A stretch of 64,000 nucleotides of DNA from a virus: the IMG/VR virus record IMGVR_UViG_3300042197_003333, positions 16,246 through 80,245 of that record. The stretch is one strand, 5' to 3'. A program made the translations under genes and the position numbers. Shown here one piece after another: positions 9,181 through 17,490 of this stretch; the stretch's first letter is position 1, and every line of letters begins with the position of its first letter. The notes below the pieces were generated by a model, which saw only the letters and a program-made list of their open reading frames with translations, was not told the DNA's origin and searched no databases.

Positions 9181-9480
9181 ATGAACTATAATGAAGAATT
9201 TTTAAAATATCAAAAAATTTATGAAAGAACTTTAAAAAAAAAATATAGTTCAATAAAAAAAGTTGAGTTAAGTGATTTAGATACTTTTATTTCTATTTTG
9301 GAAAAAGGTTATAATTTTCCTTTAGAAAGAATGGATGCGGATATTACTTGGAATGTTAGAGAGGCCATTCAAAAAGGAGAGTCTTTTGAAAAACTAGGAG
9401 AAACAGGAGAAAATATTTTTAAAATTATGTTTGGATTATCTGGCGTATTTCCTTGGGTTAATTTAATAACAATAGATTAA
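9181..9480 (+). CDS. Hypothetical protein
   Basis: ORF from MNYNEEF. Confidence 0.6.
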   Translation: MNYNEEFLKYQKIYERTLKKKYSSIKKVELSDLDTFISILEKGYNFPLERMDADITWNVREAIQKGESFEKLGETGENIFKIMFGLSGVFPWVNLITID

Positions 9481-9482
9481 AC

Positions 9483-9809
9483 ATGAAAATTAATTTAAAA
9501 AATAATAGCAACATAAGTTCAGAAAAATATTCCGCAATTTCTGACTTTTTAAAATTTAGTCAATCAAGGTCAAGACTAAAAAGACCTATTGATATTGTTT
9601 TAGTTGATAATTCAAAAATTTTAAATTTAGAAAACAGATATTTTATTATGACAAAAGATATTCCATTTTCGGATGTGATTAATATTCTTTCTGAAGTTTG
9701 GATTACAGAATTTTCGTCACAAAATAAAATACCATGTACTGGAAGAGAATCAACACTTTTAAGTCAATATTTTTTTAAAAATAATCCACAATACCAAAAT
9801 TTATTATGA
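9483..9809 (+). CDS. Hypothetical protein, possible degenerate paralog of 56185..56577
   Basis: MKI..K...I...Y..I.DF....Q....LK..I.I pattern shared. Confidence 0.6.
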   Translation: MKINLKNNSNISSEKYSAISDFLKFSQSRSRLKRPIDIVLVDNSKILNLENRYFIMTKDIPFSDVINILSEVWITEFSSQNKIPCTGRESTLLSQYFFKNNPQYQNLL

Positions 9810-9994
9810 ACAGAGAATACTCAAAAATTACAAATTGCATTGAAAGCTCAAAAACTGAAAAACAATTTGAATCTTGTGACAGATTAATTGACATTTTTGA
9901 AAAAAGATTTTACAAACCAACTGACACTGATACTGAATTTATGCTTTCAAATCTTAAAGTAAGATTGTATAAGAAAAAACTTTTAGTTAATTAA
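9806..9994 (+). CDS. Hypothetical protein
   Basis: ATGA-coupled ORF. Confidence 0.6.
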   Translation: MNREYSKITNCIESSKTEKQFESCDRLIDIFEKRFYKPTDTDTEFMLSNLKVRLYKKKLLVN

Positions 9995-10005
9995 TATTTA
10001 TTTGT

Positions 10006-10632
10006 ATGGGTTCAGATTTAGAAGAAATATCGGATAGAGTTATACATAAATTGTTTTATCCATTATTACGGGAATATAGTTATAGTAGTAGGTTTGTTGA
10101 AATGTTGTTAAACGAAAGAAACGAAAAAACTAGAGATGAAGTTAGTTCAATTTTAAAATTTGCTGGTTTATCAAGAGAATTGATTGATATTGATTATATC
10201 GCACAAATTGCTGAAGATAATTGGGACGCTCTAACATCCCCTAATAAATTATCCGCTCCATTAGAAAGACCAAAATTGAAATCGTTTAATGTTAGTTTTC
10301 GTGTGTCAATGACAAAATACGGAGTTGAATATTGGAGACTAAAAACTGAATCATACTCTGAAAGAAATTGTTATAAGATTTCTGAAATTGAAGAAAGGGA
10401 TGGGGTTTTAAATTATTGGGACGGGGAAATGTACGATGAAGATACACACGACTCAGAAAGTCATAATACGGAAATATTTAGTGTTGATGAAATACTTGCG
10501 GAGTCATCAAGAAAAAAACCCCTAATTGAAGGGGTTTCTAATACTATTAAATCAAAAAGTTTAGACGAGTTATTTGAAATGAGGTCACTAATTGAAGAAC
10601 AAATTAAATTAAAGATTAATTCTTCTTTCTAA
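10006..10632 (+). CDS. Hypothetical protein
   Basis: ORF after TATTTAT. Confidence 0.7.
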   Translation: MGSDLEEISDRVIHKLFYPLLREYSYSSRFVEMLLNERNEKTRDEVSSILKFAGLSRELIDIDYIAQIAEDNWDALTSPNKLSAPLERPKLKSFNVSFRVSMTKYGVEYWRLKTESYSERNCYKISEIEERDGVLNYWDGEMYDEDTHDSESHNTEIFSVDEILAESSRKKPLIEGVSNTIKSKSLDELFEMRSLIEEQIKLKINSSF

Positions 10633-11140
10633 TTCTTGGTAATAATACCAAAATCCCTTCCCCAACTATTACTCCTATCGCCGCTGGTATAATTGCTCCA
10701 GTTACAATTCCTGTCGTTACACCCGCAATTAATATGCCTTCACCAACCGCAACTCTTCTCCAAATTCTTTTATTTTCATTTTCAACTCTTAAGCTGTCTC
10801 TTGCATCTTTTTTCATTTGAGCTTCATCATCAGCCCTTTTTTTCTGTTTTTCAGCGTATACATATAAAGAATCAAATTGTTCTACACATAGAAAAAATGC
10901 TCTTCTTGATAAAATAAGAGCGTCCGTACAATAAGACGCATATGAATACATACTATCTAGGTTTTCTAGGTATATCTCCTTGAACTCCAAGCCCTCTAAT
11001 ATTTTTTCCTCCTGTTTTCTGTTCAAGAATATTCCAGTATCCTTTTGGTATACTATCCTTTTTGGAGTTAGATTTACTTGCCCATACACTATCACGTTGA
11101 GCATCAGTATACTTAGGAATAATAATAATTTTCGCATCAC
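10616..11140 (-). CDS. Putative outer spanin-like protein
   Basis: Signal peptide, coiled coil, hydrophobic C-terminus; overlaps the upstream gene by 188 nt. Confidence 0.5.
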   Translation of the reverse strand: MMRKLLLFLSILMLNVIVYGQVNLTPKRIVYQKDTGIFLNRKQEEKILEGLEFKEIYLENLDSMYSYASYCTDALILSRRAFFLCVEQFDSLYVYAEKQKKRADDEAQMKKDARDSLRVENENKRIWRRVAVGEGILIAGVTTGIVTGAIIPAAIGVIVGEGILVLLPRIRKKN

Positions 11141-11384
11141 TTTTTTGATTATTTTGATTTATGTTGTTTATTAATTCACTTTGTTTTGAGTCATATTTTG
11201 TTTGCCATTCAATGGTTTGTTGAACAAGCAAATCAACTGAATCCCTTAAATTTTTTAGTTTAGGGTCTTCTACGTAAATTTTTGGTTTTTCTAATTCAGT
11301 TATTTTCTTATGTTGAAAAAAACACAAAATTGCCAAACCTAAAATTACAAATATGTACCAAAATTTTGCAAAAAAATTAACCAT
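10953..11384 (-). CDS. Putative inner spanin-like protein
   Basis: N-terminal TM (FWYIFVILGLAILCFF) plus coiled coil, downstream of the holin-like gene. Confidence 0.5.
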   Translation of the reverse strand: MVNFFAKFWYIFVILGLAILCFFQHKKITELEKPKIYVEDPKLKNLRDSVDLLVQQTIEWQTKYDSKQSELINNINQNNQKSDAKIIIIPKYTDAQRDSVWASKSNSKKDSIPKGYWNILEQKTGGKNIRGLGVQGDIPRKPR

Positions 11385-11646
11385 TTTGAGGTGTTTCTGT
11401 ATTTGGTTCCCCTTTACCAGGTTTTTTAAATATCGCCTCAATTACAGTTAGTCCAAGACCACCACCTGATATTAAAGATAGTGCGTCAAACATATATTCC
11501 GGTAATTCAAATTCTGTGAATGCCGCAATATAACAAAATGCAATTAAGTTTAACATTGTAAACATGCTTACTACTCTTTTAGAAGATACGTTTCCTTCGG
11601 ATGACAACATACTTTTAAACCATCCTGATTTTTTTTGTTTTTCCAT
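11377..11646 (-). CDS. Putative holin
   Basis: 89 aa, SSKRV followed by two TM segments and a charged tail. Confidence 0.55.
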   Translation of the reverse strand: MEKQKKSGWFKSMLSSEGNVSSKRVVSMFTMLNLIAFCYIAAFTEFELPEYMFDALSLISGGGLGLTVIEAIFKKPGKGEPNTETPQNG

Positions 11647-11651
11647 AATTT

Positions 11652-11789
11652 TTACCTCCCTTGACCTTTATAAGGTTTTTTATAATTTTTTGAACGTTTA
11701 TTTGATGTAAATTTTTTTGTAGCCTTACCTGTTTTTTTTGTTCCAAAGGTAAGTTTTTGTGAGCCTCCAGATACAGATTTTCCTGCCAT
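11652..11789 (-). CDS. Small basic protein ending KPYKGQGR (45 aa, absent from ORF track)
   Basis: Translated by hand: MAGKSVSGGSQKLTFGTKKTGKATKKFTSNKRSKNYKKPYKGQGR; TATTTAT upstream. Confidence 0.8.
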   Translation of the reverse strand: MAGKSVSGGSQKLTFGTKKTGKATKKFTSNKRSKNYKKPYKGQGR

Positions 11790-11882
11790 AATTTTTTTGT
11801 TTTACTTATAAATATCCAAGTATTTATAATTTGAGGTTAAGCTCATTTGCGAGCATAAAAATTAAATCCAACTAAATGGATA

Positions 11883-12089
11883 ATGGGAATTTGGAAAAAA
11901 ACATTGAACGGAAACATTGCTACAATATTCCTTGTCGCGGCAACTTTTTTCAATCCTCTTGGATTCGACGTATTGTTCAAAATGACAATGGACTTGACGG
12001 GTTCTTATTGGGTGTCTACTTCAATTTTTTATTGCGTTTCAGTATTCTTTTTTGGGTTGTATTTTTTATTCAAAAAATTATCTAAATGA
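11883..12089 (+). CDS. Small membrane protein
   Basis: Two hydrophobic segments; ATGA-coupled to the next gene. Confidence 0.6.
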   Translation: MGIWKKTLNGNIATIFLVAATFFNPLGFDVLFKMTMDLTGSYWVSTSIFYCVSVFFFGLYFLFKKLSK

Positions 12090-12715
12090 AAAATATTAAT
12101 TTATTAGTAAAAAAAATTCTAAAGGAAGCATCATCTTCCAAAAACACTATGGTATTAACTGAAAATGTTGAAGTTACAAAAAATTTACAATACCACCTTG
12201 ATAATAAAATTCCGTTATTTAATAATATTTTTAGAAGTCATTCTGAAGCCTTTTTTGATTTAATTAACGAGGTTAGGTTTCTATATGAAAATAGAATGAT
12301 TGAACTATCTAATCAAGATGCGGAAATAGTTGAAAGTGATTTAGGAAAAAAAGTAACTTTAACAAATGGAAAAGAAGTTTATTTGGATATTCCTGTGATT
12401 GAAGAAGAATTGTCGGAAGCGGAATATAAAGGTAGAAAAGTTCAGGTTGGAAGACCTATGAGAAATACAGGTGGTGGAAAAAAATATGTTGTATATGTTA
12501 AAAATCCGTCAACAGGTAAAATTAAAAAAATATCATTTGGTGATGTTCATGGAGGATTAACTGCAAAAGTTTCAAACCCTAAAGCAAGAAAAGCATTTGC
12601 TTCACGTCACCAATGTGCAAAAAAGAAAGACAGAATGACTGCGGGGTACTGGGCTTGCAGAATTAATCGCTATGGTCATTTATGGGGAGGGAAGACCTAC
12701 GGAGGTTATTGGTGA
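12086..12715 (+). CDS. Conserved phage protein with basic C-terminal domain
   Basis: KKISFGD...ARKAFASRHQC...AGYWAC, preceded by an LSE putative cleavage site. Confidence 0.8.
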   Translation: MKNINLLVKKILKEASSSKNTMVLTENVEVTKNLQYHLDNKIPLFNNIFRSHSEAFFDLINEVRFLYENRMIELSNQDAEIVESDLGKKVTLTNGKEVYLDIPVIEEELSEAEYKGRKVQVGRPMRNTGGGKKYVVYVKNPSTGKIKKISFGDVHGGLTAKVSNPKARKAFASRHQCAKKKDRMTAGYWACRINRYGHLWGGKTYGGYW

Positions 12716-12716
12716 T

Positions 12717-12992
12717 ATGGAACTACCTTTTCAACAAAAAAATATATCGGACAATATTAAAATCAGAACTTTTAGTCCTGAAACGGACCCTGGTGAATTT
12801 ACTTGGCACAGAGACAGAGAAGACAGGGTTGTAGAATTAGTTGAAGGGAATAATTGGTATTTTCAATTAGATAATGAATTACCAATAAAATTAGTTAAAG
12901 AAACTAAAATATTTATACCAAAAGGTGTTTACCATAGAGTAATAAAAGGAGACGGAGAACTAAAAGTAAAAATTGAATTTGTAAATGTATAA
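12717..12992 (+). CDS. Cupin-like protein
   Basis: WHRDREDR...W.FQLDNELP...IPKGVYHRVIKG. Confidence 0.75.
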   Translation: MELPFQQKNISDNIKIRTFSPETDPGEFTWHRDREDRVVELVEGNNWYFQLDNELPIKLVKETKIFIPKGVYHRVIKGDGELKVKIEFVNV

Positions 12993-14016
12993 CGAAAGTC
13001 AATTAAAAGTTGCCAATTTAATAATTAAGAACAAAGTTTTTAGTTATGATAAAAAGATTGGAATGCTCTCGGGATTTAAATTTTATTTTACTGCAAAAGT
13101 TACAGGACAAAGAGTTATGTATCATGCAGGGGAACCATACCATACAATACAATTAGATGTAGAAGTTGTTAAAGTTTCAGGTCCATTAGCATTTAGAATT
13201 TTTGACTCTAGAAAAGGGATAAATTTTAATAGAATTGAAATGATTGAAGATAGGAGTCACCAAGCTGGATTTGATTATCTTATGAGAGATATGGCTCGGG
13301 TATTAGAAGATTTTTTTAAAGTTTTGGACTCTAATGTAACCACTCAAGTGGAGAATTTAAAAATCTCAGAAAATCTTGAGACTGAAGACCCATTAAATTT
13401 TGGTCAAATTTCTGAGGCGAAAGTTAGCCGAAATATGACAAGAACAATTGTTAGAGATATTGTTGACGTATTAAAACTAAAACAAGAATCAGAATTTCAT
13501 TTACCTGGAGCGTTAAGAAATGAAGATAGATATTCTTTTATTGGTTTTTCCGATTTTAATGTAATTGTTGATGTTAATTTCCAAGATGAAAATAAATTTG
13601 GAACTGACTACAGAATTGAAGCTGGATTTCAAACAACCGAAAATACTTTGCAATTTATTTTTGAAATAAATCCTGAAAGATTGGAGAAAAATTTGTATTC
13701 TATTATTGGTGAACTAAATGATTATGTTGCCCACGAATTGCAGCATTTAAGACAACAAGATGAAGGAAGAATATCAAAAGAAGATTTTATTGGTTCAAAT
13801 TTTGAATACTTTATGCAACCAGATGAAATTGAAGCTCAATATTATGGATTAAAACGAAAGGCGAAACTTATGAAATTACCCTTAAAAGATGTTATTGATG
13901 ATTATTTTGCATTCAAACAAGATTTGTTTGAATTGACTAATAATGAAATTAATCAAATTAAGAAAGCGGTTCTGTCTTTTCGTCCTGACTCTTTATCCTT
14001 GAAAAAAACTGCTTAA
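12985..14016 (+). CDS. Hypothetical protein with HExxH metallopeptidase-like motif
   Basis: VAHELQHLRQ...EIEA. Confidence 0.65.
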   Translation: MYNESQLKVANLIIKNKVFSYDKKIGMLSGFKFYFTAKVTGQRVMYHAGEPYHTIQLDVEVVKVSGPLAFRIFDSRKGINFNRIEMIEDRSHQAGFDYLMRDMARVLEDFFKVLDSNVTTQVENLKISENLETEDPLNFGQISEAKVSRNMTRTIVRDIVDVLKLKQESEFHLPGALRNEDRYSFIGFSDFNVIVDVNFQDENKFGTDYRIEAGFQTTENTLQFIFEINPERLEKNLYSIIGELNDYVAHELQHLRQQDEGRISKEDFIGSNFEYFMQPDEIEAQYYGLKRKAKLMKLPLKDVIDDYFAFKQDLFELTNNEINQIKKAVLSFRPDSLSLKKTA

Positions 14017-14608
14017 GAAAGTTTCTTAAACTAACGGCACTTAACGAAGTTATTCCCGACAATACAATTCTTTCCGCAATTTCCTCAATATTATCAGGTG
14101 TTATTATTCCTGATGTTGCATAACCATTTAAAATACTTAATATTGGTATCATAAATGTAAAACTTGAAATTAATAAAATACTTGTGGTAGTAACTCCAAT
14201 TGACTCCAAAAAATTAACAAGAGCCGACTTTAATTCTTTTCCTTTTTCTAACGCAGATTCAAATGCGGATATTAATCCTTTTTCTTTAATTTTTGCAATA
14301 AATTCTGTTATTAATTTTTCATTATTATAAAACAGCATTGAACAAACGCCAACGGAAATAAAATTAATATCACTTTGAGTAAGTTCAGGAAATTTATCAT
14401 TAACAAATGAATTTAATGGTCCCATAAAACCGGCAATTGTTGAACTCCATGTTAATAAAAACTTTAAATCAAATTTTAAAACTTTTTGAGTATCAACAAG
14501 ATTTTGTTTTGCCGTCTTAATTAGATTTGACAAAATTTTTGATAAATCACCCATAAGTGATTCTGTTATAAGTTTTTTTTGTATTTCTTCGGAGATTGTA
14601 ATTTCCAT
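13958..14608 (-). CDS. Hypothetical protein with hydrophobic helices
   Basis: ORF from MEITISEE after minus-strand TATTTAT. Confidence 0.7.
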   Translation of the reverse strand: MEITISEEIQKKLITESLMGDLSKILSNLIKTAKQNLVDTQKVLKFDLKFLLTWSSTIAGFMGPLNSFVNDKFPELTQSDINFISVGVCSMLFYNNEKLITEFIAKIKEKGLISAFESALEKGKELKSALVNFLESIGVTTTSILLISSFTFMIPILSILNGYATSGIITPDNIEEIAERIVLSGITSLSAVSLRNFLKQFFSRIKSQDEKTEPLS

Positions 14609-14681
14609 AATATTTAATAAATATATTAATGATTTAATTAACCCAAAATTAAAAAAAGGAGATAGAGTAGTTTGCATTTTT

Positions 14682-15275
14682 ATGCCAGGGGAAACATCAG
14701 TTATGCCTGGAGACAGAGGAACTGTAACTTCTATTGGAAACGGACCCGGATTTACTCAATATATGATGAAATGGGATAATGATTCAACACTTGCTCTTAT
14801 TGAAGATGAATCAGGACCAACTCAAGACAAGTGGATGTATGAGTCGGACTATGAAATGCGTTTTAAAAAAAGAAAATCTAATTTGAAAGAATCAGATAAT
14901 AAGTCACCACAACAAAAAAACATGGAACATTTAATGAATAATATAAATGTTTTTAGGTTATTTGACAGAAAATTTTTATTTGAATATTTGGAGAAAGTTA
15001 GAGAGTCTGGAATTGTAAATATGTTTGGAGCGGCTCCATTTCTTTATATGGGAAGTGATAGAATTGAGAGCGAACACAAGTATAACGAAAATAAGGATGA
15101 GGACGCATTTGAACAAGTTGTTGAAATGGCAGACGAAGCAAAAGATAAAATGATTCAAGGTGCAATGAAGGTCCTTGAAAAAGAGGGAAAAGAACTTGAT
15201 ATTAACAGACTTTCAAGACTAGTACAAACATATTCAAAAAAAGTTTTGGATATGTTTATTACAACATATCATTAA
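14682..15275 (+). CDS. DUF4314-like protein
   Basis: PGDRGTVTSI...KWDNDSTLALI; RESGIVNMFGAAPFL. Confidence 0.65.
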   Translation: MPGETSVMPGDRGTVTSIGNGPGFTQYMMKWDNDSTLALIEDESGPTQDKWMYESDYEMRFKKRKSNLKESDNKSPQQKNMEHLMNNINVFRLFDRKFLFEYLEKVRESGIVNMFGAAPFLYMGSDRIESEHKYNENKDEDAFEQVVEMADEAKDKMIQGAMKVLEKEGKELDINRLSRLVQTYSKKVLDMFITTYH

Positions 15276-15277
15276 AT

Positions 15278-15865
15278 ATGAAAAAAATTATAAGATTAAC
15301 AGAATCAGATTTGGTTAAAATAATTAAAAGAGTTATTAGTGAACAACCTACTCCGCCAGCAAATCTTCCATGGATAGATAATAAAGGAAATTATAAAAAC
15401 ATTTCCACAAAAGAAGATGTTGTTAAGGCTAACAAAAAATATTTAGGTCTTCCCGCCGATGATGCAAATCTTACAACAAAATATTTGGGCGAAGTAAAAC
15501 AAAAATTAAAACAAGCAGGTATTGGTGATTCAGAAATTGAACTTTTAGGTAATTTGGCAGGTTTTATACCCTATTTTGAGACCGCAATTGATTTAGAATC
15601 AATTGTAAGTGGAATTATTAATAATGATAAAGAACAGGCCAACTCTGGCATTGTGGGGATGGTAGCCCCTTTTGCGGGAAAATTAGTTTTAAATTTAGTG
15701 GACTACTTTAACGAAAAAACTTTTGGTAGAGAAAAAGGACAAGAAGTTTCTGGCAAAAGAAAAGATATAATTAATATGACAGACTCTGAAAGAATTAAAT
15801 TATACCAAAAATATGGTATGGGTGGATACGATAAGTGGGTTGCTGACGGCAAACCAAAACTCTAA
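15278..15865 (+). CDS. Hypothetical protein with IIRLTESDL leader
   Basis: Leader motif; GFIPYF..AID hydrophobic hairpin. Confidence 0.75.
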   Translation: MKKIIRLTESDLVKIIKRVISEQPTPPANLPWIDNKGNYKNISTKEDVVKANKKYLGLPADDANLTTKYLGEVKQKLKQAGIGDSEIELLGNLAGFIPYFETAIDLESIVSGIINNDKEQANSGIVGMVAPFAGKLVLNLVDYFNEKTFGREKGQEVSGKRKDIINMTDSERIKLYQKYGMGGYDKWVADGKPKL

Positions 15866-16389
15866 ACTATATTCACAAACTTTTCTTTAAATTCTTCGAG
15901 TGTTATGCCTTCCTTATCTTTTGAACTAATTGTCAAATTAATTAGAGTTCCGGCCATATATTTAAAAATTATTTCAGACAATTCATTTATTGACGAATAT
16001 TTTATGCAAACCTCACTTTCTTTATTATATGGTTTGTCAACAAGATAGTTAACAATCGTTCCAGATTTTAATGTTAAAAATCCGTGAGCAAAATGATTTG
16101 GCACAATAAGTGTTTCGCCCTCATTTAATACAAATGAACTAAGTTTACCAAATGTTTCTTTTCTTAAATCAACAACAAAATCAACAATTTTTCCTGAAAC
16201 AACTGATACTTTTTTGGTTTGAGAAAACTCACCAAGTTGGGTATGCATTCCTCTAAATGTAAACAAATTATCATTAACACTTATGTTTGATTGAATCCAT
16301 TCTTTTGATAATGGAATTGGAGCAAATAGTCCTCTATTGTCTTTAAAGACAGGTGTTGTTAATAATTGTGGTTCTGAAATCATAAACAA
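15862..16389 (-). CDS. rfbC: dTDP-4-dehydrorhamnose 3,5-epimerase
   Basis: FKDNRGLF, FRGMH, DFVVDLRK, VPNHFAHGFLTL. Confidence 0.9.
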   Translation of the reverse strand: MFMISEPQLLTTPVFKDNRGLFAPIPLSKEWIQSNISVNDNLFTFRGMHTQLGEFSQTKKVSVVSGKIVDFVVDLRKETFGKLSSFVLNEGETLIVPNHFAHGFLTLKSGTIVNYLVDKPYNKESEVCIKYSSINELSEIIFKYMAGTLINLTISSKDKEGITLEEFKEKFVNIV

Positions 16390-16448
16390 TAGTAAATAAA
16401 AATTTGATAATTGAAAATACCAATATATTTATTGCAAAAAATATTATT

Positions 16449-16856
16449 ATGGGAGCATACTTTTTAAACATATCTGAAGAAGAAAAAAAATCAATTCAAG
16501 AAAAACAAAGAAGTCTTTATGACGGATATAAGACAATGGCACCAAAAGTTGAAGGTGAAACACCCCTTAAAGTTGAAGATTTAGCTTTAGATAAAGGTGG
16601 AGTAACTGTAAATAATCAAAATGAAGTTTCTGAATATAAAAATACAGGAATTAATAAAAAAATGGAAGAAGATGCTCCTGTATGTGAACAATGTGGTTCA
16701 ACATTGGCCGAAGGTAAGATGTGTGAATGCGGACCAATGAAATATTCTATGGAAGAACTTGAAGAATCAATTAAAGTTAAAGGTAAAAAAAATCAAGTAA
16801 AAGAACAAATTAATGAATCATTAAATTGGTTTAAGAGGTTCAATAACTACCTATGA
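16449..16856 (+). CDS. Hypothetical protein with CxxC/CxC Zn motif
   Basis: CEQCG...CECG; FLNISEEEK leader. Confidence 0.7.
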   Translation: MGAYFLNISEEEKKSIQEKQRSLYDGYKTMAPKVEGETPLKVEDLALDKGGVTVNNQNEVSEYKNTGINKKMEEDAPVCEQCGSTLAEGKMCECGPMKYSMEELEESIKVKGKKNQVKEQINESLNWFKRFNNYL

Positions 16857-17188
16857 AAGTAAAAGAAATTATTGATTACTATTATGCTCCGGCAACTGAA
16901 ACTATTGAAGTTAGTTTTAGAATGAAGGGAGACCCTGAAACTCAAATGAGAGAAGCTGAATTTGATTTATCAACAACAAAGGATTATGGATATTATATTT
17001 TGGATACAGATTTTCCTGAATCAAAAGATTATAAATATGAATATTCCGAATATACAGATGATATAGTAATTGGTGAAGACCTTGACTATGATGAAGATGT
17101 CAAAATTGACAAAAGTGAATTAAGAAATTTTATTTCAGAATATTATTCAAATAACGAGGACTCACTTCCTGAACTCGTTCCATTCTAA
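16853..17188 (+). CDS. Hypothetical protein
   Basis: ATGA-coupled ORF. Confidence 0.7.
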   Translation: MKVKEIIDYYYAPATETIEVSFRMKGDPETQMREAEFDLSTTKDYGYYILDTDFPESKDYKYEYSEYTDDIVIGEDLDYDEDVKIDKSELRNFISEYYSNNEDSLPELVPF

Positions 17189-17237
17189 TTATTGAATTTT
17201 ATTATTTTTTAAGTATTTATTGTATAATCATGCCCAT

Positions 17238-17489
17238 ATGAACCACGACATTGATTTATACATATCAATCCTAAACGACCTATCGGGAAGTTCATCCAAA
17301 ATTGAAATGGGAGAACAAGACGCTGCGGCTGGCGGAGGAGGAGAAAGTGCAACAAAAAACCCAAATAAAAGAGGAACAAATTGGAATGAACTTTATACAT
17401 TAAAAAGAGGTAAAGCCAATATGCTTGGAAAAAAAGGAGAAAAATGGACAACTGGACTTACAAGAGGAACCGCAAATCAAGTTTGGTAA
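17238..17489 (+). CDS. Hypothetical protein with a repeated LxRGxAN motif
   Basis: LKRGKANML and LTRGTANQV. Confidence 0.65.
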   Translation: MNHDIDLYISILNDLSGSSSKIEMGEQDAAAGGGGESATKNPNKRGTNWNELYTLKRGKANMLGKKGEKWTTGLTRGTANQVW

Positions 17490-17490
17490 T

